A stretch of DNA of 64,000 nucleotides from Octopus sinensis (taxonomy: Eukaryota): the NCBI RefSeq assembly GCF_006345805.1, contig NC_042997.1:73470001-73534000 (forward strand), given 5' to 3'. Every line of letters begins with the position of its first letter. The stretch's first letter is position 1. The notes under the pieces were generated by a model that made no database searches, was not told the origin of the DNA, and worked only from the letters and a program-made list of their open reading frames with translations. Below are positions 41,027 through 53,293 of the stretch, one piece after another. A program made the position numbers and the translations under genes.

Positions 41027-41323
41027 GTATTTCTTACTCAGAGGATATCTAGTGATGTACCTGAATATACATTCGTGCAGGAACTGCTTTGTCATGTGTC
41101 TGTTTTGTTATTATTTAGAGTTTAGATCCGTATATCTTCTTAGGTAACCGTAACCAAACATAAGCATGTTCGTATTAAATCTTTGGCTGTAAGTGTAAAG
41201 AGTGGGGGGAAATGCTTTCTTACTATGTTTAGAAAACATTTAGTTTTGGTGGTAGTTAGCATTTTAACTATATGGTAGATTAAATCCTGACTTTCTACTT
41301 CTTGATTCGTTGGGCTTTGTAAG

Positions 41324-41405
41324 AGTATGTTCTATCACTGAAACCGCAGTATTATACTGAAGGGCGGACCAATCAAATGCATTCATACTTGAAAATAAAC
41401 TGGAG
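41324..41405 (+). CDS. Candidate third exon
   Basis: Weaker AAG acceptor (gctttgtaag|) with cctgac upstream, phase-1 start, (E)YVLSLKPQYYTEGRTNQMHSYLKINW, donor GAG|gtatgc. Confidence 0.42.
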
Positions 41406-42974
41406 GTATGCTTCCCTATATTATTTACTACATATTTAATAATATTAGTCATGTAGTTGAAGCCTTTGTTGACATAAATAGTTTCTTCGTTAACTAAATG
41501 TGGAAGAGAATAAATGGGGAGATGTACAAAAATACAATATTGACTTGATTAATTCCAATTCTGCCCAAATTTTGATGGAATAGTATTCATCCAGGTTTAT
41601 TATTATTATTCAAGAGCTCCATTTATTAATCTGGTTTACTTCAAGAATTAAATTTCTCAAATCTACAAAGATTCCATAAATACACACATCCACATGCATA
41701 TGCATTTAAATTCTATTTCCCTTATTCTCTATGGCCTCCATTTACGGACTCACAAAGCTTGTATATATTCCAATAATATATACTTATTGTCTCACTTTTT
41801 CTCTCACACACACAAACGTTTGCTAACTATCAATATGTATAATAGGCTACATGTCTCTGTATATCTACAAATTTTTGTAAGAAACACATAAGGATTTGAA
41901 GTTGTTGAATACGTTCCACTTCATAAGATTTACTTTCTAAATCATTCGACAGTAGTTGGAATCATTCTGTTTATTTTTTTAATTTGAAATAGTTCATTCT
42001 ACGACCGGATCTGCAAATCCCGGATAGGTCTGTATTCAGCTGTATTTATCTCATAGTACTAAATGTGGGAAATAGAAATTTTCTGAATTATTCAACAGCA
42101 TCTCTACTTTCTCGTTCTCACTGAGTCATTACTTAGTCCTTTTGTTTCTCTTTTGGTTTTGGAAGTTCCTTCTGTTATGTTGTTTGTCTCATGATGCTTA
42201 ACTAATATTTTAATATTCATAAATTCTGATAATTCGCAATGCATCGCACCTTTTATTAAAGCTTTCTTCACCATTTTTCTCATCAATCTTCCCTGGACTA
42301 TCCTTAAAACAGTAATAAGAATATACATGAAAATGATAAACTCCACCAAATAACTGACCAATCCAGTGACTTGCTGTCTCGTGCTCCAACTTTGGACTGA
42401 TATTACACGTTGTGATTATTCAGTGCAAATAAAAATAATAGTAATAATTTGAAATTACAGACTGAAATTTAAGAACACCAAGGTGTGTTCGTACCTCCTC
42501 ATGTTTATACAAGAAATATTGTTCATCAGGAAATTTTATTGTGAATGTGAATAACGATGTTTAGTACATTTATAGTTTTTGCATGGAATGTTACAAATGC
42601 ACAACTTTAGCATAAAAGAACTATTCTTCCTTTAAAATCTTTTGAAAATATATGTAACCTGTTTGTAAGAACATGTACAATTGCATATATTTTGGCAGTT
42701 TTGAAAGCATTTGTGAACTTAACTAGGGCCTTTATTGTATAGGATAATAAAGAATGAGTAAATCATTGACTACAACATATTGTACATGCTAAAAGTAATG
42801 AAACGTGTAATATTTGGGGAGTGATAAATATAATTTAATATTACCCTTTTACTTTGGCATTTATCTTTAAATCCTCAATACACTCATTAGTAACTTGTAA
42901 ATACTTCAATTATGTCTCCGTCATTATTGACAGCTTCGGTCTTCTTGTATAACGTAATGCATATATATATATAT

Positions 42975-43075
42975 ATATATGCATTATGAGATAGCGGCGT
43001 GGGTTTCCGCCCCGACATCTGAAACTCGGAGTTTTATCAAGGCCACCGAATAATTGTCACATATCATATTTACAG
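42975..43075 (-). mobile_element. Solo terminus of the MITE family with TIR TGTGACAATTATTCGGT
   Basis: Reverse complement of 52910-52985; full two-ended copy at 61950-62149. Confidence 0.75.
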
Positions 43076-43189
43076 ATAAATTCCTGTTTACATAATATCG
43101 AGGTTTCTTTCATTCTTTTGGTGTCTTACCATTTCTATCAATATATATATATATATATATATATATATTGATTAAATTTTTTTCAATAT

Positions 43190-43392
43190 GTGACCGCGTG
43201 TGTATCGTTGGCGATTTTCTTTCTCCGTCTTCTCTTCCTTGGGCCTTTCCTCTTTCTATGTTTCTGACGAAGAGCTCCGCTCGAAACGTTAATTCCTCCT
43301 TCTTTCTTTCCTTTCTTGAGCGTCCAATAACACTATACTTGTTCCACGTCCTCACGTTGTTCTGTTTTCTCTTTGTTCATGTTTGGATTGAC
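43190..43392 (+). mobile_element. Family 2 repeat with hammerhead motif at 43258-43295
   Basis: TTT-CTGACGA-A-GAGC-TCC-GCTC-GAAAC-GTT-AA: perfect 4-bp stem II and intact core; 3' end abuts (TA)n. Confidence 0.8.
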
Positions 43393-44444
43393 TATATATA
43401 TATATATATATAAGTGTGTGTACTTTTACATGTTGCAACATGTTAAAGTATATAAAAATTCCCATATGTGTATATATGCATATGTATGTGCAGGATTCAA
43501 GTGAACCGGGCACTTAAGCGGTAAGGCACCGGGTCGGGTCGAAAAGTAAAATGCGTACATAGCAAAAATAGAAGAATACATATGCGAATGCCGAAATACA
43601 GACAGAAAGATATTCAGGTTATGTATACGAATAACTATCCCCGACTGAATATATCAAAAGACATGAGGCTAATCAAGGAACGCACATTGCACTAAATGTA
43701 CGGTCCATAATATACTTCCGATCTACGCAACGAGCAGGGTCCAAGGGAGATGAATAAATAGATAACAACAGATGAATACTGTGTGACCAGCAAGGGTAAT
43801 AAGATGCACATCCCGCAGGCTTTTGAATGTTTTTGAATATTGTGGTTCATGTATTCATCTGATGAAACGGTTGTTTCCAATGATATAACGTCTCTATTAA
43901 TCAGTTAAAAATTTGTTGGAAACAGCTGTAGTGATCTGACACACTATCCATCAGTTGTAAACTATTCATATAGCACGGTGTTACTCCAGCATGACCGCAG
44001 CCGCATAGCTGAAACGTGTAAAAGAATATATATATATATGTGTGTGTGTGTGTGTATAATAACCAATTGCAGATGGAAATTGATAGAGATTACTAATACA
44101 TCACTTATGTCTCTGCATCCGATAAGTTCATTAGGTAACAATTTTTCATTTTCATAAGATATTAGGATTACTCTTAATATTTACGAATCTGATAGTTTTG
44201 TCAGCTCCATTTCAATGTGGAAGCTTCCTCGGGTGTCGCATTTTTGTTAAATATTAAGAGTAATCTTCAGTAATATCTTATGAGTATGAAAAATATACAT
44301 ATGCTTCAGAAAGAAGCTTTAGCCGAGAATAGAGGGGTAATAAGAAATTGACAAAATATAAACAATCATCTTACAAAATCATAGAGGAGTGCCTGAGTAT
44401 CACTTTACAGATTCATATATATATATATATATATATCTTTAAAT

Positions 44445-44507
<63 letters not shown>

Positions 44508-44584
44508 CCACGTCCTGCGTTGCTGTGTTTTTTTCTCTTTTTTTCTGTGTTTTCTTGTTTGGATTAACTTATATATATATATAT

Positions 44585-44605
44585 ATATATATGTAAACGG
44601 CAAAA

Positions 44606-44678
<73 letters not shown>

Positions 44679-45004
44679 CCTTTATACAAATCGACAATTT
44701 TTCAGTTAGAGGGCTCGCACTTTCTATGGTCATTCAAAACCGTCCAAGGGCGGTCGTGCACATCTTTACATTTCCCCAGTCACCCCGCAAAGCAATTAAA
44801 AAATCAATAGAAGTGACTCTTTTTTTAATTTTCTATCCAAAACCCAATCCAAATGCCCGAAACTTGATACGCCAATTGAATGTCACTTAGCTGTATGTGA
44901 TTGGTCGGAGATTTGGACAGTACTCGCGTGTATGTGCGCACGCACGCAGCTGTATATGCATGCACTAGCACTATAACCCGGCAACGCCGGGTTATAGTGC
45001 TAGT
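44585..45004 (+). mobile_element. Non-autonomous Helitron
   Basis: 5' tatatat...(TG)n; 3' GC-rich hairpin ending in CTAGT at 45000-45004. Confidence 0.75.
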
Positions 45005-45097
45005 ATTTATATATATATACATGTATGTATGTATGTATGTATGCATGCATGCATGTATGTATGCATATCCGAATTTGTATGATTGTGTATAGAAGAA

Positions 45098-45378
45098 TAT
45101 ATTAATTAAATTCCAAATAAGTCTGATTTTCACGTTTTATTATTTGTAAATTTTATAATTTTAAAATATTGAAATAAATTAGTTCTTTCATGCGTGTCAT
45201 CCTTTCGGGGCCGATAAGTTAAGTACCAGTTGCGTACTGGGTCGATCTAATCGACTGGCCCCTTCTCCCAAAATTTCAGGCTTTGTGCTTAGAGTAGAAA
45301 AGAAAGGAATATTCTAAAATTGTAAACGTTGCAAATAATAAAACGTGAAAATCAGCCCTAGTGGAATTTCATTAATAT
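45098..45378. mobile_element. MITE with ~75-bp TIRs enclosing a family 4 SINE 3' fragment
   Basis: attaattaaattcc...gattttcacgttttattatttg pairs with caaataataaaacgtgaaaatc...ggaatttcattaat; SINE piece at 45200-45305. Confidence 0.75.
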
Positions 45379-45397
45379 ATATATATATATATATATA

Positions 45398-45688
45398 CAA
45401 CTTACAAACAAGGGGAAAAGAAAAAAAGTTCTAATGCCAAATATGCCGAAAATAGACAAATCGTCAATAACCATATAATTTATCACTATAAGCACGCGTC
45501 TCGAAGTAAGCCGACAAAAATTTCTAAAAAATTCTGTTCTTATCGTATCAGTCTCAATTTCAGTGTTAATTCATAATACTTTTCTCCTCGTCAGCGATAA
45601 ATACGTAATTATATGTTTATTGACGATTTGTCTATTTTCGGCATATTTGGCATAAGAATCTTTTTCTTTTGCCCTTGTTTATAAGTTG
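45398..45688. mobile_element. MITE with ~90-bp TIRs; related one-ended copy at 49290-49510
   Basis: caacttacaaacaaggg...ccaaatatgccgaaaatagacaaatcgtcaataa is inverted at 45605-45688. Confidence 0.8.
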
Positions 45689-45930
45689 TTTAGAAATTTA
45701 ACCTTTAAAGGTATTTTTTAATATGCTGGCCATTGATAGAATTTTTTCGAAAAATTTTATCCTATATTAGATATATATATATATCATTTATATATCTTTA
45801 ATATTTTATTCGTCTCAGTCATTAGGCTGTGGTCATGCTGGGGCGCCAACTTGAAGACCCTTTAGTCGAATAAGTCGATCCCAGGACTATCACTCTCTAT
45901 TTTCGAACAGCCAGTTCTCTGGCGGTGGGG

Positions 45931-46012
<82 letters not shown>

Positions 46013-46024
46013 TTGTATATATAT

Positions 46025-46057
<33 letters not shown>

Positions 46058-46058
<1 letters not shown>

Positions 46059-46182
46059 CGACGGGTTTCTTTCAGGTTCCGTCTACTAAATCCACTCACA
46101 AGGCTTTGGTCAACCCGAGGTTGTAGCAGGAAGCACTTGCCCAAGATGCCACGCAGTGATACTGAACTCGGAACCATGTGAC
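46058..46182 (-). mobile_element. tRNA-derived SINE head (family 3)
   Basis: Reverse B-box-like region (actgaactcggaaccatgtg); homologous to 60845-61005 and 53500-53660. Confidence 0.7.
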
Positions 46183-47403
46183 TGACCAACATGCAAAATT
46201 TATTCATTATTCTACAAAGTAAAATCATATATGTACGCAAAACCATATCTACACAAAGAAACAGAGTCATACGAAAACAAAACATTCAAACGCATTGTGA
46301 TCGAGGGAAAATATGAAAACCTCCACTAGCCTTTACAAATAGCCTATACATACAAATTACTTCCGCAATGCATAAACATATATATATGACTTATAGAGAA
46401 ATATATTTCAACAAAAATGCACAACCTGCAATATTCCAATCAAGTTTCAAAAGGATATGTTGAAAATTATAATTGAAAGTAACACTCATTTGGACTTAAT
46501 ATAGAAACTTATTATATTTGCAGAATGCATATAATGTTAAGACTTTCTCCAAGATCAACAACTAACAACAATATTATATATACTACAATGAGGAATATAA
46601 TAATCATTCACATAACATTTATGTATAAATTTTTTTCATGATGAAAAACAATTTCTAGATTAGACGCAAATTGTATCAAATATTAAAAAAATCAACAAAT
46701 AGACAATCTTCAGCTGCATGCAGAGAATTTCCTGTAATAATACCTAAATATTGGAATCAAATCAAAAACAAAATGAATAGATATGCAAATGATGAAATGT
46801 GGAAGTCTCTTCTTTGAACAGCAAATGTTTGGAGAAAAACATTGCGTACTATACAGAGCAACGCATACACGAAATTCAGCCACACTAGCCTCTGGGGATA
46901 CCAAAGAGCTTTTCAATTATATTGAAAGTTCAAGGGAGACCAGTAGCACTTAGGAACGGATCAAACGACTTTGGCCTTTTTTTCCATAGATGCTTCACAT
47001 TATTCAACAGATCATAATTTCAAACTGTTGGGATCGTATTGTAGCTTGCCAATACATGCCCAAGTTATTATCATAAACTTTAAGGCAGACACTCCTGACA
47101 GGATGAATGGTACATAACACCACACGGTACGTGATGATATGAAAACACTAAGTGAATTAAACTTTTCAGCAAAGTAAGAAGCCTCTACCTGGTTGCTCAA
47201 TCTCTTAGAAATGCCCACTGGATGTGCACGTTTTAAATCCGATAAGGAATATGATTTTACACATGCTCCAAAATCAAGGACACAGATCAGTTCGATTAAA
47301 ATACACTTGAAGTTAAACAATACCAATACCATTCGGCCGTTATTCGTCTGCCATATCCAGTTCGCTGAGGTGTAGATTTTTCCATACAATATGTTGTCCT
47401 AAA

Positions 47404-47790
47404 AAGGCGGCGATCTGGCAGAAACGTTAGCACGCCGGGCGAAAGGCTTAACGGTATTTCGTCTGCGTTACGTTGTGAGTTAAAATTCCGCCGACGTCGA
47501 CTTTGCCTTTCATCCTTTCGGGGTCGATAAATTAAGTACCAGTTACGCCTGGGGTCGATGTAATACCTATGTCTGTCCGTGTTTGTCCCCTCTGTGTTTA
47601 GCCCCTTGTGGGTAATAAAGAAATAGGTATTTCGTTTGTCTTTACGTTCTGAGTTCAAATTCCTTGAAGCTGACTTTCATCCTTTCGCGGTCGATAAATT
47701 AAGTACCAGTTGCGTACTGTTGTCGATCTAATTGACTGGCTACCTCCCCCAACATTTCGGGTCTTATGCCTAGAGTAGAAAAGAATATGT
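47404..47790 (+). mobile_element. Family 4 SINE with internally duplicated central domain
   Basis: ggcggcgatctggcagaaacgttagcacgcc; tttcatcctttcg.ggtcgataaattaagtaccagtt occurs twice. Confidence 0.85.
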
Positions 47791-48874
47791 TGTCCTAAAG
47801 CTTTATTTCTTGATACGTAATTTTACTTATCTTCTCAATGAAGAGTATATTGTAAAAGCTGCACACGGCTAAATCGAGATGTTTCGAAAATCTATATTGT
47901 ACCATAAAATAACATGGGTGTATATAGATTTCGAAAATTAGCAAAAGTTCAAAATAACCCGGCAACTGGTGGTTTTAGACTTATTATTCTTTAGTTCGAG
48001 TGCCTCTACCCCGAGATAAATCAATTATATTTAGATAGAGTTGGTAACAAGTTGGGGATATGGCGTGCAACGATACCAGAGCTGGTGGATTACTAAAATA
48101 ATGAGTGATATTGGGTAGAATAGTGTTTGTCTAGATTCTATAGTTTGAGTGTGAGGCGATGAGGCTGGAGCTTGAGCGATACTTTTTGTAAATAGAAATT
48201 AGGGTAAACAATTGGGTGAATGAAGTTCAGATACAGGGCACTAGACAGGTGTTGTTTGGTTGTAGGTTTGAAAATCAAATTCTCCTGATTGAACTTTAAT
48301 CGTACTGAAGTAGACACAAAAATACCACCAATTGCGATTATAAGGGAAAATACATAAATAACTGATTGTGAATACATTAAAATAATTGAAAATTCATGTG
48401 TAGCGATCTTTTCCCGGAATGAAATACATTTTCGTTAGTGAATGGTCGAATGGATATGTTTCTGTGAGAATTAGAGCGTCCTGTGAATGTGTGATTGAAG
48501 TAATGATACTTGTCTGTGTCGGTAGTGGGATTCTACTGTTGTTATAACTAAGAACGGGTTGCAGATTCACGCATATGAATGTGTGGTATGCATATATACA
48601 CACATACATAAACATACACGCACAAACACACACACACATACACATGCCCCGTTCCTCCCCTTCCCTCTTTCTGACAAGGAGCTATGCTCGAAATGTCACA
48701 ACGTCACATCCCCGCTTTTTTCCATCTTAAACTGAGCGTCACCCAAATACATTCAATGTCCTTTTAAATTTTAATGTTTTTTCTTTTATTTCTATTTTGG
48801 ATTTGCCTATACGTATGCATGTACGTACGTATGCATGTACGTACGTATGCATGTACGTACGTATGTATGTATGT

Positions 48875-49014
48875 ATATATGTATATATACTCAAAATAAG
48901 CAACAAATTATTTTGATTATAATCACCCCACGGATTTTTATGGATAACACCATACAAAATTCTAGTGCATCTAAATTAAGTACCATATTCATTTGAATCT
49001 AAATTTTTGCTGAA

Positions 49015-49050
<36 letters not shown>

Positions 49051-49140
49051 TTCAGCAAAAATTTTGTAAGGTGTTATCCATAAAAATCCGTGGGATGATT
49101 ATAATCAAAATAATTTGTTGCTTATTTTGAGTATATATAC
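48875..49140. mobile_element. Palindromic MITE-like element with (TA)n core
   Basis: atatatactcaaaataagcaacaaattattttgattataatca... is inverted at 49065-49140. Confidence 0.85.
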
Positions 49141-49173
49141 ATATATACATACATACATACATACGTACGTACA

Positions 49174-49234
<61 letters not shown>

Positions 49235-49256
49235 ACATATTTTATATATATATATG

Positions 49257-49298
<42 letters not shown>

Positions 49299-50152
49299 AA
49301 GTAAGGGCAAAAGAAAAAATTTCTAATGCCAAAATATGCCCGAAAATCGACACTACGTCAATAACCATGTAATTTACCACAAACGCGTGTTTCAAAGAAA
49401 GCTGACAGAAATTTCTTTAAAATTCCGTTTTACCATATCGGACCCAATTTCAGAGTTAGTTCATAAGAACCTTCTCTTCATCAGTGATAAATGCGGTAAA
49501 GAAATAAGTGAAATACTTACTCATACCCATGGAAAAAGCAAGCACTCAGCCACGAGCACAATTAAGTACCCCAAATATATCCAAAATAGAAATTCTTAAG
49601 CACACCTCGAGACACGTGCGATTCGAACCGAAAAGCTCTCGTTAAGTGAGAGAGTCCGGAAGTGAACACTATTAAATTAACATCTAATATAGGATAGAAT
49701 TTTTCGAAAAAAAATTCTATCAAATTGTCTTTTCTGACCGTTGTAATAAAATTTGCTTGTTTGTAAAGAAAGAACGTGACGTACGAATTTTTGGCCAGCG
49801 TTTATGCTTAAACCTCCTGTGACAGTCACGTGAGAAGGTTACATAATAGCTTTTCTTCATTAAATATGTCATAAAATTGTGTGATATGAACAGCAGATAT
49901 TTATTATACTGTGGTTTCTCTCTCGTTTTATGTAGGGGTAATAAAGACAGAAACTTTAACTTAAATCATGTAAAACTCTGCTGTCTCTCATCTGTTTCTC
50001 TCCTTTCAACTTTTTCCCGAAGGACTGTCCGAAACGCTAAATTTTCCTCTCCTCTCGGCAAATTCACTGTACTTTTTTATCAATTATCCTACATAATATA
50101 AGTCTTGCCGACGCAGAACAACACCAGCTGCTTGAAGTTTGATCAGACATAA

Positions 50153-50204
<52 letters not shown>

Positions 50205-50222
50205 CGTGTGTGTGTGTGTGTG

Positions 50223-50270
<48 letters not shown>

Positions 50271-50329
50271 GATACCATGAAATAAAGATTTACACCTAAT
50301 CCCTTCTCTTCGGAGATACATTCCATATA

Positions 50330-51420
50330 CAACTCAAAAATAACTGGAAGAGTTACCTGGATGATTGCTTTAGCGTATGGGAGGAAGACTCACAAGGCTT
50401 AAGGTATACTGAACAACTTAAGCAACAACATCCAATTTACAATGGAATTTAACCCCAAGGAAATATCCAGGAAGGCAAAGAGCTTACCTTCCTAGATATT
50501 TTAATCACTAACAAGGAAGGGAAAATGGAAACGGACATATTCTATAAAGCCACCGACTACAAACAGCACCTGCTATTCACATCCTGCCATCCTAAACACA
50601 CCAAACTGAATTTTTTATTTAATCTGGCAAAACGAATTTGTACAATAGTGTCAAACCCTTCCAAGCGCGCACAAAGACTAGAAGAAGTTAAAAACATACT
50701 CATCCAAAGAGTATTCCCAAAAGACTGATTGTCACCAATGGAATAGACCAATGGAATGGACAGGGCAAAATTTATTGATATCCAGGAAATAAAGAAAATG
50801 AAAATCGAAATAAAGAAAAATATTTTACCATACGTGTCAACCTTTAATCCCAGAAACACTGAAATATTTAATTTCATCCACAAAAACCTCCCCATTCTAC
50901 TTGAAGATGAAAAAATGAAAAATATTCTGGAAGCATACCAAATTATTAAATGTAAAAGGCAGCCCAAAACGCTTAAATAAATCCTCACTGGAACAAAAAC
51001 ACATAAGCAAATCCCTAACCCAACTGTGACAAAATGCTGAAGAACAAGTTGTAGCACCTGCTTATACCTAACAGAAGGAGCAAATTTAAAATTTAAAAAT
51101 GGACAAAATTTTAAATTAAAAGTAAACTTCATCTGTAACTCGGAAAACCTAATTTACACAATAACATGAGGTGGATGCCAATAAAACTACATAGGACAGA
51201 CGGGCGTTTCATTACGCGGAAGAATTAGACCCGAGACGAGAGCACAAGTAAGGTTTTGGTAAGTAGTCACATTGCAAACTGTACGGGAATGGCCTTAGTC
51301 AGATTTAAAATCTTCCCGCTCCTCAAATGCTCGGACTCTTTTAACCAGCAACAGAGAATAAACAAAGAAAAACAATTCATCGACTAATATAAACCACAAC
51401 TAAATCTCGAAACAACCACC
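50330..51420 (+). mobile_element. Degenerate Penelope-like element (RT C-terminal part plus GIY-YIG)
   Basis: WKSYLDDCFSVW near 50345; LTFLDILI...TDIFYKATDYKQHLLFTSCHPKHTK (PLE RT); NLIYTIT..GCQ*NYIGQT (GIY-YIG). Several stops. Confidence 0.92.
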
Positions 51421-52076
51421 ATTGATCAATAAATAAGGACAGGTTACGCACACAAAGTACCCCCATATAACCAAAAGCACACAGCATAAACCTGCACACA
51501 ACAAATTCCAGAACATGTTTCCAAAAAACAAAAATCCAAAACACATGCATATGCACACGCACACACCACTAAAAATACACTCATACATACACACACACAT
51601 ACACACAGCTCAAACAACACACACTACAAAAAAGAAAAACGCACACACCAAACCCATTAACAAATTTAAAAGCACAGCTAAATACCTGTACACCCACTAT
51701 CAATCAACAAATAAGGTTCTGCTACACACACACACACACACAACATACACACACACCACGATAACATACACATATACACACCCACCACAATATTTCCAAA
51801 AGAGAAAAACATAGACACACACACACACACACACACAAATCCACTCACACAGACAAAGCAACACACACATACAGCTGGCGAGAACTACTGACCACGTCTT
51901 CACAATAGAAAAAAAGATAAAAAGGAAAATAATTTGACAATATATATCAAACTCATATACACTAAAACAAATGGCAAATAATCCCACCCTAATTCTCTAA
52001 ATAACCAACCATAAAAAGGACTTGACCAATTGAAACAGAAAATAAAAAAAATGTTTCTGACAATATATTCCAAACA

Positions 52077-52115
<39 letters not shown>

Positions 52116-52572
52116 ACGCACGCACGCATGCACGTACGCACACACACACACACACACACACAGCTAGCCATACCATGCATAAGGAGCTTCCTTTTCAATT
52201 CAAATGATTTCTTTTCAATAAAATTCCTGAAACTTGAAATCTTGAAACCCACACCAAACCTACATAGTCAAAACATATATAAGAGAATGACGCTAAATCA
52301 AAATATCACGAGGAACTAAAATATGGGTGCAAACAGCTAACCCCCAATTTGTTTCTCTTTGACTTGCAAATAAATTCTTATTATTATTTGGTTAGATGGA
52401 TCCACAGGAACCGGTGATACTTTAAATCACTCACTGTAACAAAAATATTAAACATTCTCTAAAATATACTTTTGTGCTTTTTCCAACGTTATTAACTTTT
52501 GACCATAATGTTTTATCTGTATGAACACTTAACCCCTTTTCAGCTAAACCCACTGTTTATTTTCTTTTATTA

Positions 52573-52680
52573 CTTTCTGTTGAAGAGCATAGGCGCTAAA
52601 CGTAAAAGGCTTTTTAACTTTCCCGAGCGTCAAACTAATACACCTTCTTGTTGTTCATACACCGATCTTCTTTTTTTTTC
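52573..52680 (+). mobile_element. Probable pLTR remnant with degenerate hammerhead (52573-52608)
   Basis: CTTT-CTGTTGA-A-GAGC-ATAG-GCGC-TAAAC-GTA-AAAG: stem I CTTT/AAAG, G12 mutated; lies 3' of the Penelope ORF on the same strand. Confidence 0.55.
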
Positions 52681-52701
52681 TGTTGGTATATATATATATA
52701 T

Positions 52702-52736
<35 letters not shown>

Positions 52737-52740
52737 TGTG

Positions 52741-52771
<31 letters not shown>

Positions 52772-52784
52772 TGTGTTGTATATA

Positions 52785-52867
<83 letters not shown>

Positions 52868-53049
52868 ATATATATATATATATTATATATATATATTATC
52901 TGTAAATATATGTGACAATTATTCGGTAGCATGATAGAACTCCGAGTTTTGGATGTCGGGGCGGAAACCCACGCCGTTATCGGACCATCAACATTTTTTT
53001 TCTTATGAACTTACCTATATATAGATTTACATGTGTGTGTGTGTATTCT

Positions 53050-53260
53050 TGTATTTGTTTCAGTCATTTGACTGCGGCCATGCAGGAGCACCGCCCTCAG
53101 TCGAACAAATCGACGCTATGCTAAGTACTAGACTTACAAAGAATAAGGGACTTATTCTATCGGTTACTTTTGATAACTGATGTTGGTGTGTTTACGTCCG
53201 TGGGAGCTAGCGGTTCGGCAAAAGTAACCGATAGAATAAGTCCCTTATTCTTTGTAAGTC

Positions 53261-53293
<33 letters not shown>

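Noticed and set aside
42104-42361. 85-aa minus ORF or possible small exon DSPGKIDEKNGEESFNK
   Set aside because: No phase-linked partner exon and no recognisable motif; it would conflict with the better supported plus-strand exons.
46710-47389. 125-aa minus ORF and neighbouring ORFs in a non-microsatellite block
   Set aside because: No recognisable motif or convincing splice sites; possibly a decayed transposon, but I could not support a call.
47950-48360. Possible third Penelope endonuclease remnant
   Set aside because: Only compositional resemblance; the diagnostic CNC/YIG motifs were not recoverable.
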